DNA of 64,000 nucleotides from Candidatus Bruticola sp. (GCA_051874735.1 JBJEGD010000004.1:1-64000), one strand, 5' to 3'; counted from the first letter of the stretch, positions 41,494 to 50,695 are shown. Notes: generated by a model not told the origin, from the letters alone. Made by a program: numbers and translations.

Positions 41494-44400
41494 ATGTCAT
41501 TAGATAAAATTTCCGGCTTTTTCGGAATAAGCAATATATCCGGTAATACTTTGGGTACTTCCGCTACTTCCAGTGGAGCTTTTGGCTTTGCTGCCGATGA
41601 TTCTATTTCTCTTTCCGGTTCTGAGGCCATCAATGCTTTCGGTTCCAGCTATGTCGCTTCTTTGGAAGAGGGTGGAGCCCTTGAAGGTGAAGCAGCCGCT
41701 GCAGAGCAGGCTACTCAGGCTAACGAGCAAACTGCTCAAGTAGCTGCTAATGAAAATGAAGACCAAAATATAGTTAAGGCTGAAGCTGACGCCACTGCTA
41801 AAAATGCTGCTGCTACTGATGCCTCAGCTGTGCAGAATAAAGCTCAGGCAGAGGCTGTTGAACAGGCTCAGGCAGCTGTTTCCGCTAACGCGGAAGTCGA
41901 TGAAGCTGACGCCGACTTAGAGGCGGCTCAGCGCGAGCTAGATAATGTTATCGCTGAAGGCGATCAAGAGGGCAAAGAGGCCAATACTGCTGAAACTTTA
42001 AACAGTTTAGAAACTGAAATGGAGCGTCTTAAGGCTGAGCAAGAAAAGAAGGCTCAAGAGCGTGAAGCTCTGGAGTTGAAGCAGGCTCAATTGGTTGAAG
42101 ATCTGGCTGAAGCTCAGGCTGACGGCGATCAGGAAAAGGTCGCTCAGCTCAGTCAGGAACTGAATCAAGTTAATCAGCAGCTGAGTTCTACCCAAGATGA
42201 AATGGGCTCTTTACAGAACCGCATTTCTAGTTTAGGTGATACTATCGACTCCACCAGAACGCAGCTTGAACAAGAAAATGCTGCTAAAGCTCAGAATCAG
42301 CAAGATAAAGTGAATGCAGCCCAGAGCGCTCAACAGAATGCTGCCGCCAGTGCTGATCAGGCTAGAGCTAATGCCAGCAGCGCCAATGCCGATTCTCAAT
42401 CTGCTCAGCAAGCGGCTTCCGAGGCTGGTAGCACCGCTTCTCAAGCTAGTTCCGAGGCTCAATCTTCTCAGGCCGACGCTTCTAAGGCTGCTGCTGAAGC
42501 TCAGCAGTCTCAATCTAAAGCTGATGAAGCCAAGGCTGCTATGGAACAGCTTAAGTCTGAAGCTACCCAAGCTCGCAACGATGCTACTTCCAAAGCCGCT
42601 GAAGCTAGTCAGGCCGATTCTGAAGTCGCTGCTGCTCAGTCTGCTTTAGAAGCTGCTCAGTCCGCTACTAAAACTATAGAAGATTCAGAGGGCAATACTC
42701 AGGAAGTTCCCGATGAAGAAGCTATCGCTTCTGCTCAGTCCGCTTTAGATGCCGCTCAAGCTAAAGCAGATGCTGCTCACGCTGCTGCCGATCAGGCTGA
42801 AGCTGAGGCTTCCAGACTTGAAGGACAACTTGGCGCTGCTGAAGGTAAATCTGCTGCTGCCGATACTGAAGCTACTCAAGCTAACAAGGCTTCCGAACAG
42901 GCTGAGGCTCAAGCTACTTCCGATGCTGCTGCCTCTGAGAACGCTGAGAAGGCAGCTGCTGAGGCTGACACTAAGGCTGAAAATGCCGCTGGTCAGGTCA
43001 ATAGTGCTGAGCAAAAAGTGTCTAAAGCTGAGAGCAGTGTAGAGCAAATTAATGATAAGGCCGGTAAAGCTCAAGAAGATGTCAGCACTGTAGAGGCTGC
43101 CAATGCTGCCGATCAAGCTGCTGCTGATAATGCTAAGAATGCCGCCGATGATGCCAGAAACAGCGCTAATCAGAATGGCAAAGAAGCTTCTCAAATTAAG
43201 CCTGAAGATCTTCCCGAGGGTGTTTTTGTAGATAAAAACGGAACTCTCTATAGCGAAGATGGCAAGAAACTTCCTGACGGTAGTACTCTTAACGAAGATG
43301 GCGAGTTAGTTAATGGCGACGGTCACCTTATTGATAACAAAGGCAATCTTATCAATGAAGATGGGGCCAGAGTAGACGCCAATGGCAAAGTCATGACTCC
43401 TGAAGAGATCGCTAATTCGGATAAGGCAAAAGAGTCAGGAAAGACTGCAGAAGAGTCTAAGAGTGAATCGTCAAAGGAAACGGGCAATAATGAGTTGCTC
43501 AATCAAATTCAACAACTTCAACAGCAGTTGGGTAATTTAGCCGCTGCTCAGCAAGCTGCCGGCAATAACGGTGGCGGTTCCGGTTCCGGCGGTGGTTCTG
43601 GCTCCGGTTCCGGTGGCGGTTCTGGAACTGGTGGCGTCTCTGGTGCTGGCGGATCTGGTAGCGCTGGAAACGTAACTTCAGGCTCTTCTGTGAAGAGAAG
43701 CAGTGCAGCTGGCGACATCGATATCTCTAATTGCTCCGACGAAGACGTCGCTAAAGCTATTGATGGTTTCTTAGCTGAAAAAGGTTCAGCTGCTCCCGAA
43801 GGTACTGGCGCCCTCTTTGTGAAGGCTGGTAAGGAATACGATGTAGATCCGCTGGTGCTGCTCTCCATCGCTGGCCAGGAAACTCAGTGGGGCAAGACAG
43901 GCATCGGTATCAACGGTTGGATGGGAGTAGGCGCTTACGATTCCGATCCTAATAACGCTACCAGAAACTCTAAGTTCTCCGGTGTAGAGAATCAGATAAA
44001 TGTAGGAGCCAAAACTTTCCATAATCTGCGCGAAAAGGGCGGCTCTTCTTCGTCCGACTCTATAGCAGATCAGGCTGCTGCTGTAAATAAAGCCGGTTGG
44101 GCTACCGATCAGAATTGGCACAATGGCGTTACTAGTATCTACCACGATCAGGTAGGCGCTTACATGCTCGAGAATTTGAAGGGCGCAGAGGTTAAAGGCA
44201 ATGGTAAGGGCATTGAAGGAGCGCTCAACGAAGCCTTGTCTATGGAAGGTCTCACAGAGCACGCTAATGCCTCTGAAATAAATGCTATTACCAAAGATTG
44301 CAACCAGAGCTGGGCTCTTGACTGTCAATCGCAGCCTTGGTGTGCCGCTTTCGCTACGGGTATTTTGGCTAAACACGGCGTTATGGACTTCAGCGCTTGT

Positions 44401-44679
44401 GAGAACGTCAACTATACTCCTACATTGGTAAATTGGTCTAAAGGACAAGGTACTTGGAATGCCGCTGGCGGTGATTATGTTCCTCAGTCCGGCGATATGA
44501 TTATGTTTGACTGGGACAACACCAGATCGGGAGCCGATCATGTAGGTATCGTAGTTAGCTACGACAGCTCCAGCGGGGTTGTTACAACTGTTGAAGGCAA
44601 TAGCAGCGATTCAGTAAAAGTAAAGACTTACGATCGCAATCAGGCCTGCGTTATGGGCTATATATCCCCCAACATCTAA
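41494..44679 (+). CDS. Peptidoglycan hydrolase paralogue 2: coiled coil + DxxG-repeat insert + GH73-like + CHAP
   Basis: Colinear with paralogue 1; same catalytic motifs QETQWG, AYDSDP, WATD, WCAAF, HVGIV, EGN. Confidence 0.85.
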   Translation: MSLDKISGFFGISNISGNTLGTSATSSGAFGFAADDSISLSGSEAINAFGSSYVASLEEGGALEGEAAAAEQATQANEQTAQVAANENEDQNIVKAEADATAKNAAATDASAVQNKAQAEAVEQAQAAVSANAEVDEADADLEAAQRELDNVIAEGDQEGKEANTAETLNSLETEMERLKAEQEKKAQEREALELKQAQLVEDLAEAQADGDQEKVAQLSQELNQVNQQLSSTQDEMGSLQNRISSLGDTIDSTRTQLEQENAAKAQNQQDKVNAAQSAQQNAAASADQARANASSANADSQSAQQAASEAGSTASQASSEAQSSQADASKAAAEAQQSQSKADEAKAAMEQLKSEATQARNDATSKAAEASQADSEVAAAQSALEAAQSATKTIEDSEGNTQEVPDEEAIASAQSALDAAQAKADAAHAAADQAEAEASRLEGQLGAAEGKSAAADTEATQANKASEQAEAQATSDAAASENAEKAAAEADTKAENAAGQVNSAEQKVSKAESSVEQINDKAGKAQEDVSTVEAANAADQAAADNAKNAADDARNSANQNGKEASQIKPEDLPEGVFVDKNGTLYSEDGKKLPDGSTLNEDGELVNGDGHLIDNKGNLINEDGARVDANGKVMTPEEIANSDKAKESGKTAEESKSESSKETGNNELLNQIQQLQQQLGNLAAAQQAAGNNGGGSGSGGGSGSGSGGGSGTGGVSGAGGSGSAGNVTSGSSVKRSSAAGDIDISNCSDEDVAKAIDGFLAEKGSAAPEGTGALFVKAGKEYDVDPLVLLSIAGQETQWGKTGIGINGWMGVGAYDSDPNNATRNSKFSGVENQINVGAKTFHNLREKGGSSSSDSIADQAAAVNKAGWATDQNWHNGVTSIYHDQVGAYMLENLKGAEVKGNGKGIEGALNEALSMEGLTEHANASEINAITKDCNQSWALDCQSQPWCAAFATGILAKHGVMDFSACENVNYTPTLVNWSKGQGTWNAAGGDYVPQSGDMIMFDWDNTRSGADHVGIVVSYDSSSGVVTTVEGNSSDSVKVKTYDRNQACVMGYISPNI

Positions 44680-44703
44680 TATCTAGGCCTTAACATAATA
44701 CCT

Positions 44704-44743
44704 AAATGCCCTTCCTGTTTTTGAACTGGAAGGGCATTTTTTT
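44704..44743 (+). terminator. Intrinsic terminator
   Basis: AAATGCCCTTCC ... GGAAGGGCATTTTTTT. Confidence 0.85.
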
Positions 44744-44860
44744 AGGATTATATAAAATTATTATCCATTTTTTTTGTTCAGTTTCAGAGTTGTTAACTAT
44801 TGTAAATGTGTCATAAGGGAAAAATAAAAAGTAAAAAAAATGTTAAAACGATAAATAAAT

Positions 44861-44891
44861 TATAGATAAAAATAAAAAAGTTCTTGATAAT
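44861..44891 (+). promoter_or_regulatory. Shared upstream motif copy TATAGATAA-N14-TTGATAAT
   Basis: Both boxes and spacing identical to 38128-38158; 62 nt before ATG 44954. Confidence 0.5.
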
Positions 44892-44953
44892 ACAAAAAAC
44901 ATTGTCCAAGTTGGAGTTAGTCCTTGGGCTGATTGTTTAGGAGGGATTTTTAC

Positions 44954-47269
44954 ATGACGCAAGTTAGCACCAATAATTACGATAATTCTGCTGCCATACA
45001 GCAGCAACAGCAAGCTGAAGCTGCCCGACGCCAAGAAGAAGCTCGCAAAGCTAGAGAGGCCGAACAGGCAAAAAGAGCTGAAGAAGCTCGTAAGGCTCAA
45101 GAAGAACAGGCCAGAAAGGCCAGAGAGCAAGATCAGGTTGCTGTAAGCTATAGCGAAGCGGCTGAAGCTGGCAAAAATGTTAAAGTGGCCTCTCTCGATG
45201 ATGATGAGCGCTCTACTGTCGATAAGAACGGTTTCGGTGGTGGAGGCGGCAAATTCTTAGGAAAAACAGAAGAAAAGGGAGTGCTCGGCAAGATTACCGG
45301 TGCCATTGACGGTATTACAGATAAAGTTGGGGAAATTACTGGCAAGATAGTAGATGCCGTAAAAGATAAGTTCGCCGACGGTCTTGATGTCGCTTCTGAA
45401 ATAGCCGATAAAGTTGGTTTAGAAGGCACATCTGACGACTTAGAAAAGATTGCTGACGACCTTAGAGGTGAGGACGGCGAAAAGCTTGACGACGAACAGA
45501 AGGCCGAAGTAAAGGACAAGATCAGAGAGCAAAAGCTCGAGAAGCTCAATAAAGAGAAAGACATTCAAACTAAGAAGCAGGAAGAGCTGGAAAAAGAGCG
45601 CGACAAGACTATGGAAGAGCTTGAGGCAGCCCAGGCCGCTGGTGATCAGGCTAAGGTTAAAGAGCTTACTAACAAGCTCGACGGCATTAACGATGAACTC
45701 TCTGCTGTAAACGATAAGATTGATAAGATCAATAAAGAAATTGAAAGCTTAGAGCCTACCCCTGAAGAAGAGCTCGAAGATCTCCAGAAAGACATGGATG
45801 AGCTTAATAAGGAAGAAGAGGCTAAGCTCAAAGAGAAAGAGGAGCTGGAAAAACAGCAGGAAGAGCTGGTTGAAGAACTGGCTGCTGCTCAGGCTGCTGG
45901 AGATCAAGAAAAGGTTGAGGAGCTTACTAATAAGCTGCAGGGAGTCAATGACGACTTGGAGCGCGTCAATGGTGAACTGCAAGATATTCAGAACAAGAAA
46001 CAGCTTCTCCAGAATGATATCGATAAGGTTCAAGGTGAAATTGACGCTAAAAACGCTCCCCAGCAGGCAGCAGCCGAAGGTGGAGATGGTTCTCAGGCGG
46101 TTAGTTCCAACGAAGCTGCTGGAGCCCAGGGCGCTAACAATGGTACCCAGGGAGCCAACAATGGCGGCTCCGGAGGCAGCGGTGGTTCCGGCAATAATGG
46201 CGGTGTAAACGGCACTGGTGGTACCGGTGGCACCGGAGGAACTGGAAGCACTGGTGCTACTCAGGGAGCTAATGCTTCTGGTGCAACCAGAACAAGTGCA
46301 GCTGGCGACATCGATCTTTCTAAGTGCTCCGATGAAGATATCGCTAAAGCTATCGATGGTTTCTTGGCTTCTAAAGGTTCTGCTGCTCCTGAGGGAACTG
46401 GTGCCATGTTCGTCAAAGCTGGCAAAGAGAATAATGTCGATCCGTTAGTTCTGCTCTCCATAGCTGGTCAAGAAACTCAGTGGGGCAAGACTGGTATCGG
46501 CATCAACGGTTGGATGGGTGTAGGAGCTTATGACTCTGATCCTAATAACGCTACCAGAAATTCTAAGTTCTCTGGCGTAGAGAATCAAATCAACGTCGGC
46601 GCTAAAACTTTTGCCAATCTCCGTGCTAAAGGCGGATCCTCGGCCGATGCTTCTATCGCAGATCAAGCTGCAGCCGTCAATAAAGCTGGTTGGGCTACTG
46701 ACCAAAATTGGCACAAAGGTGTAACTAGTATTTATCACGATCAAGTCGGTGCTTATATGCTCGAGAATTTGAAGGGCGCCGAAGTTAAGGGCAGCAAGGG
46801 CGTCGATGGGGCCCTCACTGAGGCTGGCTCTATGGTCGGCATGACTGAGAGTGGTAACTCTTCGCAGATTAATGCTATTACCAAAGATTGGAATCAGAGC
46901 TGGGCTCTTGATTGTCGAGAACAGCCTTGGTGTGCTGCTTTCGCCACCGGTATTTTAGCTAAACATGGAGTTATGGACTTTAGTGCCTGCTCCAATGTAA
47001 ACTACACTCCTACTTTGGTAGAATGGTCTAAGGGTCAAAATACCTGGCAGCAGGGCGGTAACGGCTACGCTCCTAAGTCAGGCGATATGATTATGTTTGA
47101 CTGGGACAACACCCGCAGCAGTGCTGATCACGTTGGTATTGTAGAGAGCTACGATCCAGCTAGCGGTACGGTAACAACGATTGAGGGCAACAGCAGTAAT
47201 TCGGTGCGTCGTCGCACTTATAATGTTAACGATGCCTGTATTATGGGCTTCATAATGCCGAACAAGTAA
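44954..47269 (+). CDS. Peptidoglycan hydrolase paralogue 3: different N-terminal coiled coil + GH73-like + CHAP
   Basis: ATG 44954 after AGGAGG; C-terminal ~320 aa closely match paralogues 1 and 2. Confidence 0.85.
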   Translation: MTQVSTNNYDNSAAIQQQQQAEAARRQEEARKAREAEQAKRAEEARKAQEEQARKAREQDQVAVSYSEAAEAGKNVKVASLDDDERSTVDKNGFGGGGGKFLGKTEEKGVLGKITGAIDGITDKVGEITGKIVDAVKDKFADGLDVASEIADKVGLEGTSDDLEKIADDLRGEDGEKLDDEQKAEVKDKIREQKLEKLNKEKDIQTKKQEELEKERDKTMEELEAAQAAGDQAKVKELTNKLDGINDELSAVNDKIDKINKEIESLEPTPEEELEDLQKDMDELNKEEEAKLKEKEELEKQQEELVEELAAAQAAGDQEKVEELTNKLQGVNDDLERVNGELQDIQNKKQLLQNDIDKVQGEIDAKNAPQQAAAEGGDGSQAVSSNEAAGAQGANNGTQGANNGGSGGSGGSGNNGGVNGTGGTGGTGGTGSTGATQGANASGATRTSAAGDIDLSKCSDEDIAKAIDGFLASKGSAAPEGTGAMFVKAGKENNVDPLVLLSIAGQETQWGKTGIGINGWMGVGAYDSDPNNATRNSKFSGVENQINVGAKTFANLRAKGGSSADASIADQAAAVNKAGWATDQNWHKGVTSIYHDQVGAYMLENLKGAEVKGSKGVDGALTEAGSMVGMTESGNSSQINAITKDWNQSWALDCREQPWCAAFATGILAKHGVMDFSACSNVNYTPTLVEWSKGQNTWQQGGNGYAPKSGDMIMFDWDNTRSSADHVGIVESYDPASGTVTTIEGNSSNSVRRRTYNVNDACIMGFIMPNK

Positions 47270-47316
47270 GTATAATAGTAAGTATCTGTTAAATATCGTT
47301 AGTTATATTAAATAAT

Positions 47317-47362
47317 AAAGGACAGGTGGACTGTAATGCGTTGCCTGTCCTTTGGCTTTTTT
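47317..47362 (+). terminator. Putative intrinsic terminator
   Basis: AAAGGACAGG ... CCTGTCCTTT stem followed by a T-run. Confidence 0.6.
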
Positions 47363-47482
47363 ATGGCTATAAAAAAATGCTTTATCATATTTCTGTTTTG
47401 AGTTATAATCAAAAGTAGAATGGGCTGCTCATGTGCAGTTTCGCCCATCAGATTCTCCCTCCAGGGGTTCAGGAGGAACTTA

Positions 47483-50400
47483 ATGGATTCGTACAATTCC
47501 CTTGCTTGCAGCAAGGGGAGCAGACGCTGGCTGGGCTTATGCCTATTTGCTATAGCCTTCCTGTTTGCTGCCCTAGTTTCTGGCTGCGGCGGTTCCGGTA
47601 GCTCCGGCAGCGGCGGTGGTGCTCCTGCCAAAGAGTATTCCGATGTTATTTTCCATTTTAACAATTTGGCCAGTGAAAAAGTTTTGGCCCGTGCCGTACC
47701 TGAAAACACTGCGTTTGTTCGCTTTACAGGTTCGAGCAGCTCTCGTGAAGTTCTTTATGGTCCTGTCATCAAGGATTACGCTGCTACCATTATTTTAGAG
47801 AAAGTTCCCGTTAAAGTATCCGGCTTTGTTTTAGAGTGCCTTAACTCTGAGAAGCAACTTACTGCAGTTATTCCTGTTTCTGTACAGATGAACTGCTACG
47901 GTGATACAGTCGTTAATATTAACGATTACAAGCCTCTGAGCAGTGTAGTAAAAAATATCACTGTTAAACCTACAGAAATTAACGATTTGTTAGTTGGATA
48001 CAGTGAGAGTATCAGTGCCATAGCTACTTTGAGCGATGGTCAGATAGTCGATCTCACTCCTTACATGACTTTTACCAGTTCTGATCCTGAAGTTGCTACT
48101 GTAGAGCAGAACGGATATGATGGTGCTAAGGTCACAGCTAGTAAGGGCGGAGAAACCACTATCTCCGGTAGCGTTTTAGGCGTCTCTATGCCTGACATCA
48201 GCGTCTCTGTAAGCGTTGGTGTAGTTGAGAGTAAAGTCATCTTCGAACCTGAATCATTGAGTGTTGCTCCTAGCAGAACCAGACCCGCTTCTGCTTTAGT
48301 CGTTTTCAATGATGGAACAACTAAGGCTTTAGATCCCAGTCAGGTTACATACAGTGTCGCTCCAGAAGGTGTTGTAACGATTGAGCCTTCTACTTCTTAT
48401 CCTTCCCAAGTCTACGTTACTGGTAGTACTGGCGCTCAGGTAGGTGATACCGCTACTGTCACCATGACCGCTTCTTTAAGTGGCAAAACTTTCACCGCTG
48501 ATTTGCCTGTGACTATTAGTGATGCCGTTATAGACAGCATTGAAATTTCCAATGTTATCGAGCATGAGTTCGCTCCCGGCGAGAATAAAATCTTCAGTAA
48601 AGGCACTCCCAGTGAGAGTCAGTTTACTGCTACTGCCCATATGAGCGACAGCACTTCACAAAATGTAACTTCTCAGGTTACTTGGAAGAGCAATACTCCC
48701 AATGTTGCTAGTTTCTCCGATGATACGGCTGGTTTACTGCAGGCTAAAGAGTCTGGTGTTACTACTGTTACTGCCGAACTCGATGGCATTACTTCCAATT
48801 CTATTACAATTACCGTAGTAGAGCCTAGTGTTACCGAGTTGAAGGTTGAAGGCATTGCCGATGCTAACAGCGGTATCGTGGTGTTTCTCGGTGAGAATCC
48901 CGTGGCTTATCCTTTGAAGGTTAAAGCCGTTTACGACAACACTGATGAAGTTTATGTAAATATCTCTGACGGTTTGGTTTGTGAGCACATTACCAACGGC
49001 AGTGTGCTTTCTGAAGAGTACGTAAAGTTCGAAGATAAAGAAGAAGCTGAGACAGAAACTCATTACATTGAAGTTTCTGGTATCAGAGCTACTTCCGATT
49101 TAACTTCCAGCCAAATGAAATTTACCTACAACGAAGTTTCTTCTGATCTGATTAAAGTTACAGTTCAAGAAAAAGCTGTAACCGACTTTACTATCAGTTT
49201 CAAAGATCAGACTACAGGTAAAGAATACTCCGTAGACACTTACAATGAAAATACTGTTCTTGGTGTTCCCTGGGGCCGCAAATATGATGTCATAGTTAGA
49301 GGCTATTGGACCAATCCCAATACTGGTGAACATGAGTCTTTGGGTGAAATTACCGGTAATTATAAGTATGGTTATCAGGATGGTAATACCGTAGCTAATC
49401 AGGGTACTTATAATAATCTGGAATACACCAGCACCGATTTGGATCATCCTATAATTTTTGACGACGTAAAGCTGGATAAGTATGGCGTATATTGGTCTGA
49501 GTCTGGCACGACTATCGAGACTATTGAAGAGCAATTCAGTGATAGTTTATTTACTAGCGAAGCTACCCGCGGTGAATGCAGTTATACTGGTACTGGCGGT
49601 ACCATCACTGTTGTCGGTGTAGATAAAACTAATGATAAAGAGACCTTCCGTGTTTGCTTCCGCATTGTAAAGCCGGCGATCGACTCTTATATGGCTATGA
49701 GCTACGGAGATATATCTCGCCAGGGTGATCTTTCTACTTTCGATGTGCCTCGCGGTGTTAACTTTGACATTACTGATGGCAGTTTTAGCCATAGGCTTGT
49801 GGCTGTTATGTCTAATCTTGGTGAAGAAGGCAGAGAGCACGCAACAAAAGACGTTACTGAATTCGTTAATGTTGATGACAACAGCATTACCGATTTCGAT
49901 ACTAAACTCTTAACTGCCAAAGTCAGCGACAATGTGTACTCTAGCGTTACCGCTGATGCACAGTACGCTGAGCGCAACCTGTTCAATACGGAAGATCGCC
50001 GTTTCGATATGACAGGCGTAGTACTCATCAATGATTGGGACAAAGAAGACCACTTGTTCGGGGCTTACTCTACTCCTGCGGAAACCGAATGGCAGAGCTT
50101 TAACTGCGAGATGCCTGAGTTTACGCTGCGTTTGGAGCGTCCTAGAATTACTAACTCTTTCGCTATCGTTTACAGCTATGGTGATGCTGGTGAGATAGCT
50201 AAAGTCGACATCGGCGCTGATAACTACTATCACTTCAAAGAAGGTGACAAGTTTACTTATTGCTTGAGAGAAGCTACGCTCAGTGATGGTTCTGAAGCTG
50301 GTTCATCCGACTTTATTATCCAAACTGATTCCAAGATTAGTGGTTTCAGCAATAATGGTACGCCAGTCTTTATTTTGAAGCATATTGGCAATGCCGCTTC

Positions 50401-50542
50401 AGCTGATCCTTATGAAGTAATTACTGATGAGACTTTTGCTAACGGCTTTAAGTCAACTATTAGCATTACTCCTAATAACGACACTTACTATGATGCCGTT
50501 CTTTATTCCAATACTATGACTGTCTTCTTGGACAAGCCCTAG
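47483..50542 (+). CDS. Large surface lipoprotein with bacterial Ig-like (Big_2) repeats
   Basis: ATG 47483 after AGGAGG; lipobox LVSGC + GGSGSS linker; repeats such as ATLSDG..VDLT....FTSSDPEVATV and TATAHMSD.TSQNVTSQVTWKS.TPNVA. Confidence 0.82.
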   Translation: MDSYNSLACSKGSRRWLGLCLFAIAFLFAALVSGCGGSGSSGSGGGAPAKEYSDVIFHFNNLASEKVLARAVPENTAFVRFTGSSSSREVLYGPVIKDYAATIILEKVPVKVSGFVLECLNSEKQLTAVIPVSVQMNCYGDTVVNINDYKPLSSVVKNITVKPTEINDLLVGYSESISAIATLSDGQIVDLTPYMTFTSSDPEVATVEQNGYDGAKVTASKGGETTISGSVLGVSMPDISVSVSVGVVESKVIFEPESLSVAPSRTRPASALVVFNDGTTKALDPSQVTYSVAPEGVVTIEPSTSYPSQVYVTGSTGAQVGDTATVTMTASLSGKTFTADLPVTISDAVIDSIEISNVIEHEFAPGENKIFSKGTPSESQFTATAHMSDSTSQNVTSQVTWKSNTPNVASFSDDTAGLLQAKESGVTTVTAELDGITSNSITITVVEPSVTELKVEGIADANSGIVVFLGENPVAYPLKVKAVYDNTDEVYVNISDGLVCEHITNGSVLSEEYVKFEDKEEAETETHYIEVSGIRATSDLTSSQMKFTYNEVSSDLIKVTVQEKAVTDFTISFKDQTTGKEYSVDTYNENTVLGVPWGRKYDVIVRGYWTNPNTGEHESLGEITGNYKYGYQDGNTVANQGTYNNLEYTSTDLDHPIIFDDVKLDKYGVYWSESGTTIETIEEQFSDSLFTSEATRGECSYTGTGGTITVVGVDKTNDKETFRVCFRIVKPAIDSYMAMSYGDISRQGDLSTFDVPRGVNFDITDGSFSHRLVAVMSNLGEEGREHATKDVTEFVNVDDNSITDFDTKLLTAKVSDNVYSSVTADAQYAERNLFNTEDRRFDMTGVVLINDWDKEDHLFGAYSTPAETEWQSFNCEMPEFTLRLERPRITNSFAIVYSYGDAGEIAKVDIGADNYYHFKEGDKFTYCLREATLSDGSEAGSSDFIIQTDSKISGFSNNGTPVFILKHIGNAASADPYEVITDETFANGFKSTISITPNNDTYYDAVLYSNTMTVFLDKP

Positions 50543-50602
50543 TTCATAAGTATGTGTCTGCCTGATAGAAGATAACCCTTTTTGAGGCAGGCTATATTTG
50601 GT

Positions 50603-50640
50603 AAGCCCCTTGCGCCTACGGCGCAAGGGGCTTTTTTTTT
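50603..50640 (+). terminator. Intrinsic terminator
   Basis: AAGCCCCTTGCGCC-TAC-GGCGCAAGGGGCTT perfect stem followed by a long T-run. Confidence 0.9.
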
Positions 50641-50654
50641 GATTAAAAATGCAT

Positions 50655-50695
50655 AAAAAAACTTCGCTGCAGTTATGCAAACCACAGCGAAGTTT
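50655..50695 (-). terminator. Intrinsic terminator for the GGGtGRT operon
   Basis: AAACTTCGCTG ... CAGCGAAGTTT stem with an A-run on the left (U-tract on the minus strand). Confidence 0.7.

Noticed and set aside
43560-43670. GGTTCC/GGCGGT microsatellite as a phase-variation or VNTR locus
   Set aside because: Imperfect, in-frame, and simply encodes the Gly/Ser linker present in all three paralogues
43786-44541. 251-aa minus-strand ORF and other antisense ORFs within 39-47 kb
   Set aside because: Shadows of the biased codon usage (GCT/GAA/CAG) of the real plus-strand genes; no recognisable motifs
38227-47269. Prophage tape-measure/tail lysins or conjugative-element hydrolases
   Set aside because: No phage structural, holin, integrase or T4SS genes nearby; each gene has its own RBS, upstream region and terminator; no TM segments
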